Both the position numbers and the translations under genes were made by a program. Under the pieces are notes generated by a model that was not told the DNA's origin, ran no database searches, and saw nothing but the letters and a program-made list of their open reading frames with translations. DNA of 18,744 bases, taken from NCBI GenBank assembly GCA_041181065.1, contig JBEGQI010000140.1, forward strand, positions 1 through 18,744, read 5' to 3'. The DNA is from Verrucomicrobiota bacterium (GTDB taxonomy: Bacteria > Verrucomicrobiota > Verrucomicrobiia > Limisphaerales > DSYF01). Below are positions 6,731 to 14,150 of this stretch, piece after piece. Within the stretch, counting starts at the first letter, position 1. Each line of letters starts with the position of its first letter.

Positions 6731-9153
6731 AGTTCAAGGCTGTCTTTTTTGCCGGGGCCATGCTCGCTGTCGCGGGCTTGGCTGATGCCGCCGACACCAA
6801 CGCGCTGAAGCTCTGGTATCGCCAACCTGCCGCGAAGTGGAGCGAGGCGTTGCCCATTGGCAACGGGCACATGGGCGCGATGGTCTTCGGCGGAACCGCC
6901 AGCGAGCGCATCCAGTTCAATGAGGACACGCTTTGGAAAGGGAAGCCGCACGATTACGTCCGCGAAGGTGCGGGCGATCAGTTGGCGGAAATCCGTCGGC
7001 TCGTTTTCGCCGGTGACTCCGGCGCGGCGGGCAAACTCGCGAAGGAGAAAGCCATCAGCGATCCCGTGCGGCAGATGCCGTATCAACCCTTCGGCGACTT
7101 GCGCCTGACGTTTCCCGGTCATGAGAACGTGACCGACTATCGGCGCGAACTGGACCTCGATACCGCCATCGCCACGACGACTTATCGCGTCGGCGACGTG
7201 GAATTCAAACGCGAAGCTTTCGCCAGCTATCCCGACCGCGTCATCGTGGTGCGCCTCACTGCGAGTAAGCCGGGGCAAATCAATTTCACGCTGCGGATGG
7301 ATAGTCCGCATACTAATTCGCAGACGGCGGCAGTTCGAATGGGAATTGCGTTTCGTTGTTGGCTGGGGCCAGCAAGGCCATCGTTCGTGAAGTTCAGCAA
7401 AGCAGGTGCAAATGAAGAAGTCATCCAATCTTCATCTGAACTTTTGCTCCTCGGCAAAGTGCAAGCGGACGGGTTGAGTTTTGCATCGCGCGTGCAGCTC
7501 CTTGCATCCGGAGGGCAGATCAAGTCTGAAGATCGGCGCGCACTTACTGTTACGAATGCCGATAGCGTCACGCTGCTACTTGCTGCCCGCACGAGCTTCG
7601 TGGACTTCCAGGACATCAGTGGCGACCCCGCAAAGCGCTGCGCGAAAGATTTGAAGAAGCTCGCCAAGAAATCTTTCGCAGAACTCCGCGCCACCCACAT
7701 CGCCGATCACCAAAAACTCTTCCGCCGTGTAAGCCTTGAACTTGGCCGCTCGCCCGCTGCCGACTTGCCGACGGACGAGCGGTTGAGGCAGTTGAAACCT
7801 GCGGGCCTCGCCGCCGACCCGGCGCTCGCCGCGCTGCATCTCCAATACGGCCGTTACCTGCTCATCGCGTGCAGCCGGCCCGGCTCGCAGCCCGCGAATT
7901 TGCAGGGCGTCTGGAACGAGGAGCTCAATCCGCCGTGGGAGAGCAAATACACGCTCAACATCAACTTCGAGATGAACTACTGGCCCGCTGAGATCGGGAA
8001 TCTCAGCGAATGTCACGAGCCGTTCTTCGATCTCGTGGACGACCTCACCGTCACCGGCGCACGCGCGGCGAGGCAGCAATACGGCGCGCGCGGCTGGGTG
8101 GTGCATCACAACACCGACCATTGGCGCGGCGCGGCGCCCATCAACAACGTGGACGGCTTCTGGCCCACCGGCGGCGCGTGGCTCTGTCATCATCTCTGGG
8201 AACATTACCTGTTCACCGGCGACAAAAAGTTTTTGGAAAAGCGCGCCTACCCGGCGATGAAATCCGCGTCGCTCTTCTTCGTGGATTTTCTCGTGAAGGA
8301 TCCGAAGTCCGGTTACCTTGTCACGAACCCGTCGCATTCGCCCGAGCAGACGCCGCCGAATCGTCCGTTGTTTGCGCCCGGACCGACGATGGACAACCAA
8401 CTCATCCGCCAGTTGCTGACCTACACCATCGACGCCGCGGAAATCCTCGGCACGGACAAGAAGTTCGCCAAGCAGCTCGCCCACTTGCGCGCGCAATTGC
8501 CGCCGAACAAGGTCGGCAGTCAGGGGCAATTGCAGGAGTGGCTCGAAGACTGGGATGCGCCGAACAACAATCATCGCCACATGTCACCGCTGTGGGGCTT
8601 GTATCCCGGCTGGGACATCACGCCCACCGATGCGAAGATTTATGACGCGGCCAAGCTGCTGTTGAAGTGGCGCGGCGACGGCAGCACCGGCTGGAGTTAC
8701 GCGTGGCGCATGCCGCTCTGGGCGCGCGTCGGCGATGGTGATTTTGCCTTCACGCAGTTGGCTGGCTTGTTGCAGAAGCGCACGTTGCCGAACCTATTCG
8801 ACCTCTGCGGCCCGTTCCAGATCGATGGAAACTTCGGCGCGCCCGCGGGCGTGATGGAGATGCTGCTGCAAAGCCACCTGACCGAGGTCAGAAGTCAGAA
8901 GGCGGAAGTCAGATTGCTCGATCTACTACCCGCATTACCGAAGGCGTGGCCGAGCGGGTCGGTGACGGGCTTGAAGGCGCGCGGCGGATTTGAAGTGGAT
9001 ATCGCTTGGGAAAATGGCGCACTGACGAAGGCGGTCGTCCGCTCGACGCTTGGGCAACCTTGCAAAGTGCGCTGCGCCGGGCGCGAGGTGGAGTTGAATT
9101 TGAAGCGCGGAGGCGCTGTCGTGTTGGACAACCAATTGCAGGTGACGAAATGA
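6727..9153 (+). CDS. Glycoside hydrolase family 95 (alpha-L-fucosidase / alpha-L-galactosidase-like), secreted. The real start is probably MKFKAVFFAGAMLAVAGLADA at 6727 (track ORF starts at 6568).
   Basis: The N-terminus WYRQPAAKWSEALPIGNGHMGAMVFGG…ERIQFNEDTLW and the central YGRYLLIACSRPGSQPANLQGVWNEELNPPWESKYTLNINFEMNYWPAE are GH95 hallmarks. There is a signal peptide, and ATGA overlaps are present at both ends. Confidence 0.85.
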   Translation: MKFKAVFFAGAMLAVAGLADAADTNALKLWYRQPAAKWSEALPIGNGHMGAMVFGGTASERIQFNEDTLWKGKPHDYVREGAGDQLAEIRRLVFAGDSGAAGKLAKEKAISDPVRQMPYQPFGDLRLTFPGHENVTDYRRELDLDTAIATTTYRVGDVEFKREAFASYPDRVIVVRLTASKPGQINFTLRMDSPHTNSQTAAVRMGIAFRCWLGPARPSFVKFSKAGANEEVIQSSSELLLLGKVQADGLSFASRVQLLASGGQIKSEDRRALTVTNADSVTLLLAARTSFVDFQDISGDPAKRCAKDLKKLAKKSFAELRATHIADHQKLFRRVSLELGRSPAADLPTDERLRQLKPAGLAADPALAALHLQYGRYLLIACSRPGSQPANLQGVWNEELNPPWESKYTLNINFEMNYWPAEIGNLSECHEPFFDLVDDLTVTGARAARQQYGARGWVVHHNTDHWRGAAPINNVDGFWPTGGAWLCHHLWEHYLFTGDKKFLEKRAYPAMKSASLFFVDFLVKDPKSGYLVTNPSHSPEQTPPNRPLFAPGPTMDNQLIRQLLTYTIDAAEILGTDKKFAKQLAHLRAQLPPNKVGSQGQLQEWLEDWDAPNNNHRHMSPLWGLYPGWDITPTDAKIYDAAKLLLKWRGDGSTGWSYAWRMPLWARVGDGDFAFTQLAGLLQKRTLPNLFDLCGPFQIDGNFGAPAGVMEMLLQSHLTEVRSQKAEVRLLDLLPALPKAWPSGSVTGLKARGGFEVDIAWENGALTKAVVRSTLGQPCKVRCAGREVELNLKRGGAVVLDNQLQVTK

Positions 9154-10070
9154 AACTAAACGATCCACGATTTAATCCCGTTACGCGCCGACATTTCTTG
9201 CGCCTCGCGGCGGTTGCTGGCGCAGGGTTGTGTGTTCTGCCTGCGTGCAAGACTTCGCCCGTGGCGAACGGGCCGCGCTACAAGATTGGCTTGAGCGATC
9301 TGATGATCCTCAAACGGCAGAAGCTGGGCGCGATGCAGCTCTCCAAGGACCTCGGTGCGGATGGCGTCGAAGTGGACATGGGCGGGCTCGGTGAGCGCGA
9401 GACGTTCGACAATCAGCTCGCGAAGCCGGAGGTGCGGGCGCAATACCTCGCCAAGGCGAAGGAGTTGAATCTGGAGATCTGTTCGCTGGCGATGACAGGA
9501 TTTTTCGCGCAGTCGTTCGCCGAACGTCCCACGGTCCCACGCATGATCCAGGATTGCGTGGACACGGCGAAGGCGTTGAACGTGAAGGTCGCGTTCCTGC
9601 CACTCGGTGTGAAAGGGGATTTGCAGAAGAATCCCGAGTTGCGACCGGCCATCCTGGAGCGATTGAAGGTCGCCGGGAAAATCGCGGCGGATGCGGGCGT
9701 GGTCATTGGTGTGGAGACGTCGTTGTCGGCGGCGGAGGAAGTGAAGCTGCTGAAGGAGGTCGGTTCGCCCGGCGTGAAGATCTATTTCAACTTTGCCAAC
9801 GCCGCGAAGAACAAGCGCGACATCCCGAGCGAGCTGCGCACGTTGGGCAAGGAGCGCATCTGTCAGATCCATTGCACGAACGAGGACGGCGTGTGGCTGG
9901 AGAACGATCCGCAGATCGATCTGCCGAAGATCAAGCGCACACTGGACGAGATGGGTTGGCGGGGCTGGCTCGTGGCGGAGCGTTCGCGCGATGCGAAGGA
10001 CCCGCGCAACGTGAAGCGCAACTTCGGCGCAAACACGGCGTATCTGAAGAAGATTTTTCAGGCGGGTTGA
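9150..10070 (+). CDS. Tat-exported xylose-isomerase-like TIM-barrel protein (sugar phosphate isomerase/epimerase family). Start at MKLNDPRFNPVTRRHFLRLAAVAGAGL (9150).
   Basis: There is a twin-arginine motif TRRHFLRL plus a hydrophobic h-region. The body (GLSDLMILKRQKL…GADGVEVDMGG…VKVAFLPLG…IGVETSLS…) resembles AP-endonuclease-2 / xylose-isomerase-like TIM barrels. ATGA overlaps the GH95 stop. Confidence 0.7.
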   Translation: MKLNDPRFNPVTRRHFLRLAAVAGAGLCVLPACKTSPVANGPRYKIGLSDLMILKRQKLGAMQLSKDLGADGVEVDMGGLGERETFDNQLAKPEVRAQYLAKAKELNLEICSLAMTGFFAQSFAERPTVPRMIQDCVDTAKALNVKVAFLPLGVKGDLQKNPELRPAILERLKVAGKIAADAGVVIGVETSLSAAEEVKLLKEVGSPGVKIYFNFANAAKNKRDIPSELRTLGKERICQIHCTNEDGVWLENDPQIDLPKIKRTLDEMGWRGWLVAERSRDAKDPRNVKRNFGANTAYLKKIFQAG

Positions 10071-10103
10071 ACGCTTCCGAGAAAATGAAATCGATTGGAG
10101 AAT

Positions 10104-10262
10104 CGCCCTCCCTCACCCCGGCCCTCTCCCCAAGGAGAGGGGGAATCATTCGCCGGCTTCTGGTGAATCAGAGTCGCGGGTGTTCGCAAGCAGGGTTGTC
10201 GGATTACCGGAAACTTTCGCGGCTGTTCCCTCTCCTGGGGGTTAGGGTGAGGGCGGGTGTGA
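10104..10262. repeat. GC-rich palindromic repeat-like element made of two inverted partial copies of a CCCTCACCC…GGAGAGGG(G/A)AA unit. Copy 1 contains a perfect hairpin CCCTCTCC-CCAA-GGAGAGGG.
   Basis: Read directly: 10110-10118 CCCTCACCC versus 10245-10253 GGGTGAGGG, and 10122-10129 CCCTCTCC versus 10134-10141 GGAGAGGG (with a second CCCTCTCC at 10228-10235). The element sits between the TIM-barrel stop and the likely esterase start. The in-frame translation ESPSLTPALSPRRGG is typical of ORFs miscalled across REP-like elements. Confidence 0.4.
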
Positions 10263-11530
10263 GCTCGAACTCGCCGGGTCGGGGACCGGCGCTCCGGATT
10301 GCAGCGGCGACTGTTGTTGTCTCGGTGCTGATGATTTGCGGCGCTGGCTGTGCGAGTGAAGGGAATCATCCCCAAGCGCTTCAAGGTGGGGAGCAGCGGC
10401 AGTGGTCAGGAGTGGCGAGCAATAGTCCGTTCGCGCTCACGGTTTTTCGACCGGCGGAAGCGCCGACCAATGCGCTGTTGCCAGTGGTGTTCTATCTGCA
10501 AAACCTCGCGGCGCCGCGCGCGGGAACGGAAGGCGATGCCAGCATCCTGCGCAATTTTCATGATGCCGGGTTCCTGCTTGTGACGGTGGATTTTGCCAAG
10601 CGCACGAATGCACGGGTGCCGTTCATCAATCGCGACCTTGCCCGCTTGCGCGAAGACGTCCGGGCGAAGAAGGTTCTCAAAGATTTCAACGTGGATGGCG
10701 CGCACATCTTCATCGTGCCGGAGGGCTGCCGGTTAAAGCGTGATGTGGTGTTCTACTCCGACACGAACCGCGTGCTGGCGATGGACATCATCTATCCGTC
10801 GCAGCCGAAGCGGGCCGTCGGCACCGTGCTGGAGTTCTCGTGCGACAACAAGGATCGTTACGGCAATTTCTCGTTAACCTTCTGCAGCGACACGATGATG
10901 GATGCGTTCGCGACGGCCGGGTTCGCGGTGGCGATGGCGGATCATCCGGTGGCGCCGCCTTACAAGGGCCTCGATGCGATGCCCGACAGCGCGTGGAAGA
11001 TCAAGGCGGCGGTGCGGACGTTGCGCGTGGAGGGCGAGAAGCTCGGGCTGAACGGCAAGATCGTGCCGGTCGGGTTTTCGCGCGGGAGCGGGATGGCGTT
11101 GATGCTGGTGACGACGGCGGGCCTGGCGGAGTTCGAAGATCACGGCGAGAACACGGGCGTGAGCAGCGATGTGCAAGGCGCGGTGGTGATGTCCGGCCGG
11201 TTCACATATCTGGATTTGCTGCCGGACGACAAGATGGTGCCGCGTTACAACGTGGCGTGGGGCGACCGGGAGAATCATCTCGACGTGTGGCGCAAGCACG
11301 GGGCGCTGGATTATTTGAGCGGCGCGGCGAAGGTTCCGTTGTTTCTCACGATCAACTGCACGGAGTCGCCGGATGCATTGCATCAGATGGAGGTGCTGCG
11401 GAAGCGGCTGGAGGCGTCGGGCAGCAAGTTCGAGTTCCACATGGATAACGAGCCGCGTGGCCACAAGGTCACGCTGGTGCCGGAGATTTTAGAGGCGATG
11501 CGTGATTACGTGCGTCGGCAACTCGATTGA
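10247..11530 (+). CDS. Alpha/beta-hydrolase fold esterase, a putative carbohydrate esterase and probably a lipoprotein or secreted protein. The start is uncertain: ATG 10085, GTG 10247, GTG 10259 and ATG 10331 are all in frame.
   Basis: Contains the nucleophile elbow VGFSRGSGMALML (GxSxG) and downstream GAVVMSGRF and EFHMDNEPRGH (candidate catalytic His). From GTG 10247 the N-terminus is MRAGVSSNSPGRGPALRIAAATVVVSVLMICGAGC, which is signal-peptide and lipobox-like. The region from 10085 to 10246 is occupied by the palindromic element. Confidence 0.6.
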   Translation: MRAGVSSNSPGRGPALRIAAATVVVSVLMICGAGCASEGNHPQALQGGEQRQWSGVASNSPFALTVFRPAEAPTNALLPVVFYLQNLAAPRAGTEGDASILRNFHDAGFLLVTVDFAKRTNARVPFINRDLARLREDVRAKKVLKDFNVDGAHIFIVPEGCRLKRDVVFYSDTNRVLAMDIIYPSQPKRAVGTVLEFSCDNKDRYGNFSLTFCSDTMMDAFATAGFAVAMADHPVAPPYKGLDAMPDSAWKIKAAVRTLRVEGEKLGLNGKIVPVGFSRGSGMALMLVTTAGLAEFEDHGENTGVSSDVQGAVVMSGRFTYLDLLPDDKMVPRYNVAWGDRENHLDVWRKHGALDYLSGAAKVPLFLTINCTESPDALHQMEVLRKRLEASGSKFEFHMDNEPRGHKVTLVPEILEAMRDYVRRQLD

Positions 11531-11600
11531 TGCAAAGACGGAATCGGAGAAGAGAGATTTTGCTGGGATTTACAACCTCTCATATTAGGTCAAAAATCCG

Positions 11601-12140
11601 TCATACCAAATACTCCCACTTGAGGTCTGTCTGGACTATCGGATGTGATGCCGCCGCGCGAGCAACAATGCTCGGAAAAGACGCGGCGTGAGAATTCGGC
11701 ATCGTAATCCAAAAGATGTGGTGGCCTCTGCCAGTGCGTAACGTGACCCCAGACGCGCCAAAATTGATGACACAGTCGGGCATATCATCCCAGCTAAGAG
11801 GCAATTCAACCTGCTCACGAAAACTAAAGACCTCGGGCTTAGAAAATAGACGACGATACCAAGGTAGATGCTTCTCAGCGGGCTTGCTCGTCTGCTGGGG
11901 CACGCCGTAACCGCTCAACGCCTTTAGTAAGCGACTTAGCAAACCGTCAGCATCGGCATCCCAACTCTCATCACCGTCTCCGAAATTGGTGAAACCTGCC
12001 TTCTGAAAGCAGACATCGGGATTCACCGGTGACGGCCAAAGGGCAAACAGCGCTACGCCATCATCAGGCTCCGAGACGCGCGACCAATGAATGGTGAAAG
12101 GCTGCATGGCGCGTTGTGGCCTAACATCTAAAGCGGCCAC
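11601..12140 (-). CDS. Hypothetical protein (179 aa) in a low-GC islet. No recognisable domain.
   Basis: It is the only long ORF in a roughly 700-nt stretch of about 50% GC, where random long ORFs are unlikely. Its codon usage (tat, ttg, gta, aaa) differs from its neighbours. A hairpin TTGTGGCC…GGCCACAA lies immediately upstream of the ATG on the minus strand. Confidence 0.4.
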   Translation of the reverse strand: MAALDVRPQRAMQPFTIHWSRVSEPDDGVALFALWPSPVNPDVCFQKAGFTNFGDGDESWDADADGLLSRLLKALSGYGVPQQTSKPAEKHLPWYRRLFSKPEVFSFREQVELPLSWDDMPDCVINFGASGVTLRTGRGHHIFWITMPNSHAASFPSIVARAAASHPIVQTDLKWEYLV

Positions 12141-12225
12141 AATTATTGAAGCCTATTTGGTTCATGGTCGCGACAGTAGGTTGACCGCAAATTTCTGTCG
12201 AGCGCGCTTTTGGTTTTGCTCCGTG

Positions 12226-12564
12226 TCAGCCTTCCTCGCGCAGCATTTCAAACCCGCTCCAGAAAATCGGGACGAGGGCGGCGGCGAGGGGCAAGAGCGG
12301 GAGCGCGGCTTTGAAGTTGAGGTGGCGCAAACCTTCGGCGGCGTTGCTGAGGGTTGCGATGGGCGCGGGCACGAATGCCAGGGCGATGCCAGTTCCGAGG
12401 AGCATGGCGAAGCCAAGGATGGCGGGACGCAACCAGGCGCGGGAGCGGCGGCGCGGGAGAGCCGTCACCACGCGCGCGGTGAAGCCGTCGTCGGCGACGT
12501 AGTGGTTCTCGTCGCGCAGGAGCGCGTCGAGCGGGTCGGGCGTTTTGGTTTCGTCGGGCTTCAT
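12226..12564 (-). CDS. Small membrane protein (113 aa, two TM helices) immediately downstream of, and translationally coupled to, the ECF sigma factor. Putative anti-sigma factor.
   Basis: Its ATG overlaps the sigma factor's TGA (ATGA at 12561-12564 on the minus strand). It has a cytoplasmic N-terminus (MKPDETKTPDPLDALLRDENHYV) and then two hydrophobic helices. Position and size fit an anti-sigma, but there is no ZAS (HxxxCxxC) motif. The track ORF (151 aa) extends further upstream in frame. Confidence 0.5.
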   Translation of the reverse strand: MKPDETKTPDPLDALLRDENHYVADDGFTARVVTALPRRRSRAWLRPAILGFAMLLGTGIALAFVPAPIATLSNAAEGLRHLNFKAALPLLPLAAALVPIFWSGFEMLREEG

Positions 12565-13091
12565 AGCGACAATTTCCTGCGCAGCTTTTCGCGGCCACGC
12601 AGAACGTTCGTTTTTACCGTGCCAAGCGGGCAGTCGAGGACTTGCGCCGCTTCGTCGTGCGACAGACCGTTCTGACAGCACAGGACTATCGCGGCGCGCT
12701 CGGCGGGCGTCAACGTCTTCATGGCTTCGTTGAGGTCCATGCGGAGATTGCTTTGTTCCGTGGCGGCGGGCTGTTCGGGCTCGGGCGGAACGTCATCGAG
12801 TTCTTCGAGGGCGAGTTCCTTGCGCTTGCGCGCGGCCATGCGGAATTCGTTGTAGGCGATGCCGAACAGCCACGTGGTGAATTTGCTCTCCGCGCGGAAG
12901 GTGTTGAGATGCTGCCACGCGCGGATGAAGGCTTGTTGCGCGAGGTCGTCGGCCAGATGCGCATCGCCGCGCGTGAGCTTCTGGAGGAAGCCGCGCACCG
13001 GGGATTGGTGGCGGCGGACGAGTTCGCCGAAGGCGTTCTGGTCCTCCTGAAGCAACGCGCGCGCGATGAGGTCGGCATCGGAAAAGGCCAC
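12561..13091 (-). CDS. RNA polymerase sigma-70 factor, ECF subfamily.
   Basis: Region 2 (FGELVRRHQSPVRGFLQKLTRGDAHLADDLAQQAFIRAWQHLNTFRAESKFTTWLFGIAYNE) and region 4 (LTPAERAAIVLCCQNGLSHDEAAQVLDCPLGTVKTNVLRGREKLRRKL) are clear. The GTG start lies 1 nt after the upstream gene's TAG stop codon. Confidence 0.9.
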   Translation of the reverse strand: MAFSDADLIARALLQEDQNAFGELVRRHQSPVRGFLQKLTRGDAHLADDLAQQAFIRAWQHLNTFRAESKFTTWLFGIAYNEFRMAARKRKELALEELDDVPPEPEQPAATEQSNLRMDLNEAMKTLTPAERAAIVLCCQNGLSHDEAAQVLDCPLGTVKTNVLRGREKLRRKLSL

Positions 13092-13094
13092 GGG

Positions 13095-13766
13095 CTAGGC
13101 TGGGTTCGAACCGTTTTTCGAGCCTTCCACTTTCCACGTGATGAGAAACGCCACGCCGATCAGCAGCGGGATGAGGCCGATGGGCCAGGCGTGATTGTCG
13201 CTGACGAGGAAGAACACGGTCAAACCGGTGCCGATGGCGATCCAGACGAGGCCGCGGCGGAAATCGCTCTTGGGTTGTTTGCGTGGTTCGTGCGGTTGCA
13301 GCAACTCCGGCGGGATGGCGACGCCTTTCTCAATCATGGTGCGGAGCGTTTCGTGGAGCATGCGGTTCCGGCGATGACGGAAATACACCACCACGGCGAC
13401 GATGGCCACCGGCATGCCGAACACGAACATGGGAACGAGGATTGATTCGTAGTCGGTCTTGGTTTCACGCAGCCGGGCCTGTTCCTTGGCAAGTTCGGCA
13501 ACTTTCTCAGGCGGCATCTTGTCGAGGATGTCCTTGGGGATGCCGAGGACGGTTTCGCTGCTACCGGCGTCTTCCGGAGCGGTGATGTTGATGCCCGTCG
13601 AGCCGATGGAGACGCTGACGGAGCTGCTCTTGTTGGTCTTGCTGGCGTCGCTGGGAGCTTCCGGCGCGGCTGGGGCTGCGGGGGCCGCAGGTTCTGCTCC
13701 AAAGACGCGGCTGGCAAGGGCGAGCGCGGCGAACAGGCTGGCGAGGGGTTTGAGGTTCGTTTTCAT
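13095..13766 (-). CDS. Exported protein (224 aa) with a signal peptide, a Pro/Ala-rich linker (AEPAAPAAPAAPEAP), a Ser/Thr-rich segment and two C-terminal TM helices. It is the first large gene of the ECF sigma operon.
   Basis: The signal peptide MKTNLKPLASLFAALALASRVFGA follows the internal Met at 13766; the track ORF extends to 13934 across an upstream motif. The C-terminal hydrophobic helices are VPMFVFGMPVAIVAVVVYF and LVWIAIGTGLTVFFLV / IGLIPLLIGVAFLITW. It is separated from the sigma gene by 3 nt. Confidence 0.6.
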   Translation of the reverse strand: MKTNLKPLASLFAALALASRVFGAEPAAPAAPAAPEAPSDASKTNKSSSVSVSIGSTGINITAPEDAGSSETVLGIPKDILDKMPPEKVAELAKEQARLRETKTDYESILVPMFVFGMPVAIVAVVVYFRHRRNRMLHETLRTMIEKGVAIPPELLQPHEPRKQPKSDFRRGLVWIAIGTGLTVFFLVSDNHAWPIGLIPLLIGVAFLITWKVEGSKNGSNPA

Positions 13767-13776
13767 GATTTGCGTT

Positions 13777-13810
13777 GATGGGATGCTGCGGGAGCTGGAT
13801 TTGGATTCAA
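13777..13810 (-). promoter_or_regulatory. Copy A of a conserved 34-nt bipartite motif (gene orientation TTGAATCCAA-N14-GCATCCCATC, preceded by an A/T tract). It ends 10 nt upstream of the ATG of the exported-protein gene. Candidate promoter or operator.
   Basis: Copy A and copy B are 25/34 identical at identical length, and the two 10-nt end blocks match exactly. The -35-like TTGAAT is preceded by AAAAAAAG. Function is inferred, not demonstrated. Confidence 0.35.
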
Positions 13811-13816
13811 CTTTTT

Positions 13817-14038
13817 TTAACGGGCCAGGATGAGCACGGCGAGCGCGGCGGTGAACGCGGCCAGCAGGCTCACAAAGATCCAGCCTTCGACGTCGAAGCG
13901 CGGCGGTGCGACGTAAAGCGATTTGCTGGGGCACCGGCGCGTGAGCGCGGTGGGGGCTGCCGTCTCGGGCGGCACGTCGGCGAGCGTGGTGGTTTGGCTG
14001 TTCCAGGTGTTCATGGTCGGTGCGATGGTTTCAGTCAC
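13817..14038 (-). CDS. Possible small tail-anchored membrane protein (73 aa) at the head of the ECF operon.
   Basis: GC3-rich codon usage is consistent with host coding sequence. The C-terminal TM helix is GWIFVSLLAAFTAALAVLILAR. There is a GTG start, and the conserved 34-nt motif lies immediately upstream. No homology support. Confidence 0.3.
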   Translation of the reverse strand: MTETIAPTMNTWNSQTTTLADVPPETAAPTALTRRCPSKSLYVAPPRFDVEGWIFVSLLAAFTAALAVLILAR

Positions 14039-14040
14039 AC

Positions 14041-14074
14041 CGATGGGATGCAGCGAAGCGGGGAATTGGATTCA
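14041..14074 (-). promoter_or_regulatory. Copy B of the same 34-nt motif, immediately upstream of the GTG of the small TM ORF. Because argD is divergent, it also lies in the argD upstream region.
   Basis: GATGGGATGCaGCGaagcggGGAaTTGGATTCAA versus copy A GATGGGATGCtGCGggagctGGAtTTGGATTCAA (plus strand). An A/T tract follows (AAAATATTA). Confidence 0.35.
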
Positions 14075-14150
14075 AAAATATTAGGACGGGATTGAGGCGC
14101 AGATTCCAATTGCGTCGCGGGGGCTTTTGTTATTTCGTCAGCGCGCTCGT

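Noticed and set aside
7290-7760. Local GC dip and codon-usage change inside the GH95 gene (gga, gca, tct, ctt, act codons)
   Set aside because: The encoded segment aligns with conserved GH95 regions (…ADSVTLLLAARTSF…, …YGRYLLIACSRPGSQPANLQGVWN) and the frame is uninterrupted. It is more likely local compositional variation than a mosaic insertion. Only homologue alignment could show whether the MGIAFRCWLGPARPSFVKFSKAGANEE stretch is an insertion.
9554-10084. 5' part of the 658-aa track ORF (9554-11530)
   Set aside because: This portion overlaps the TIM-barrel gene in another frame and then runs through the palindromic element. Only the part from about 10247 onward looks like the esterase.
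12091-12675. 194-aa plus-strand ORF
   Set aside because: It is antisense to the anti-sigma and sigma gene junction, Gly/Arg/Glu-rich, with no signal.
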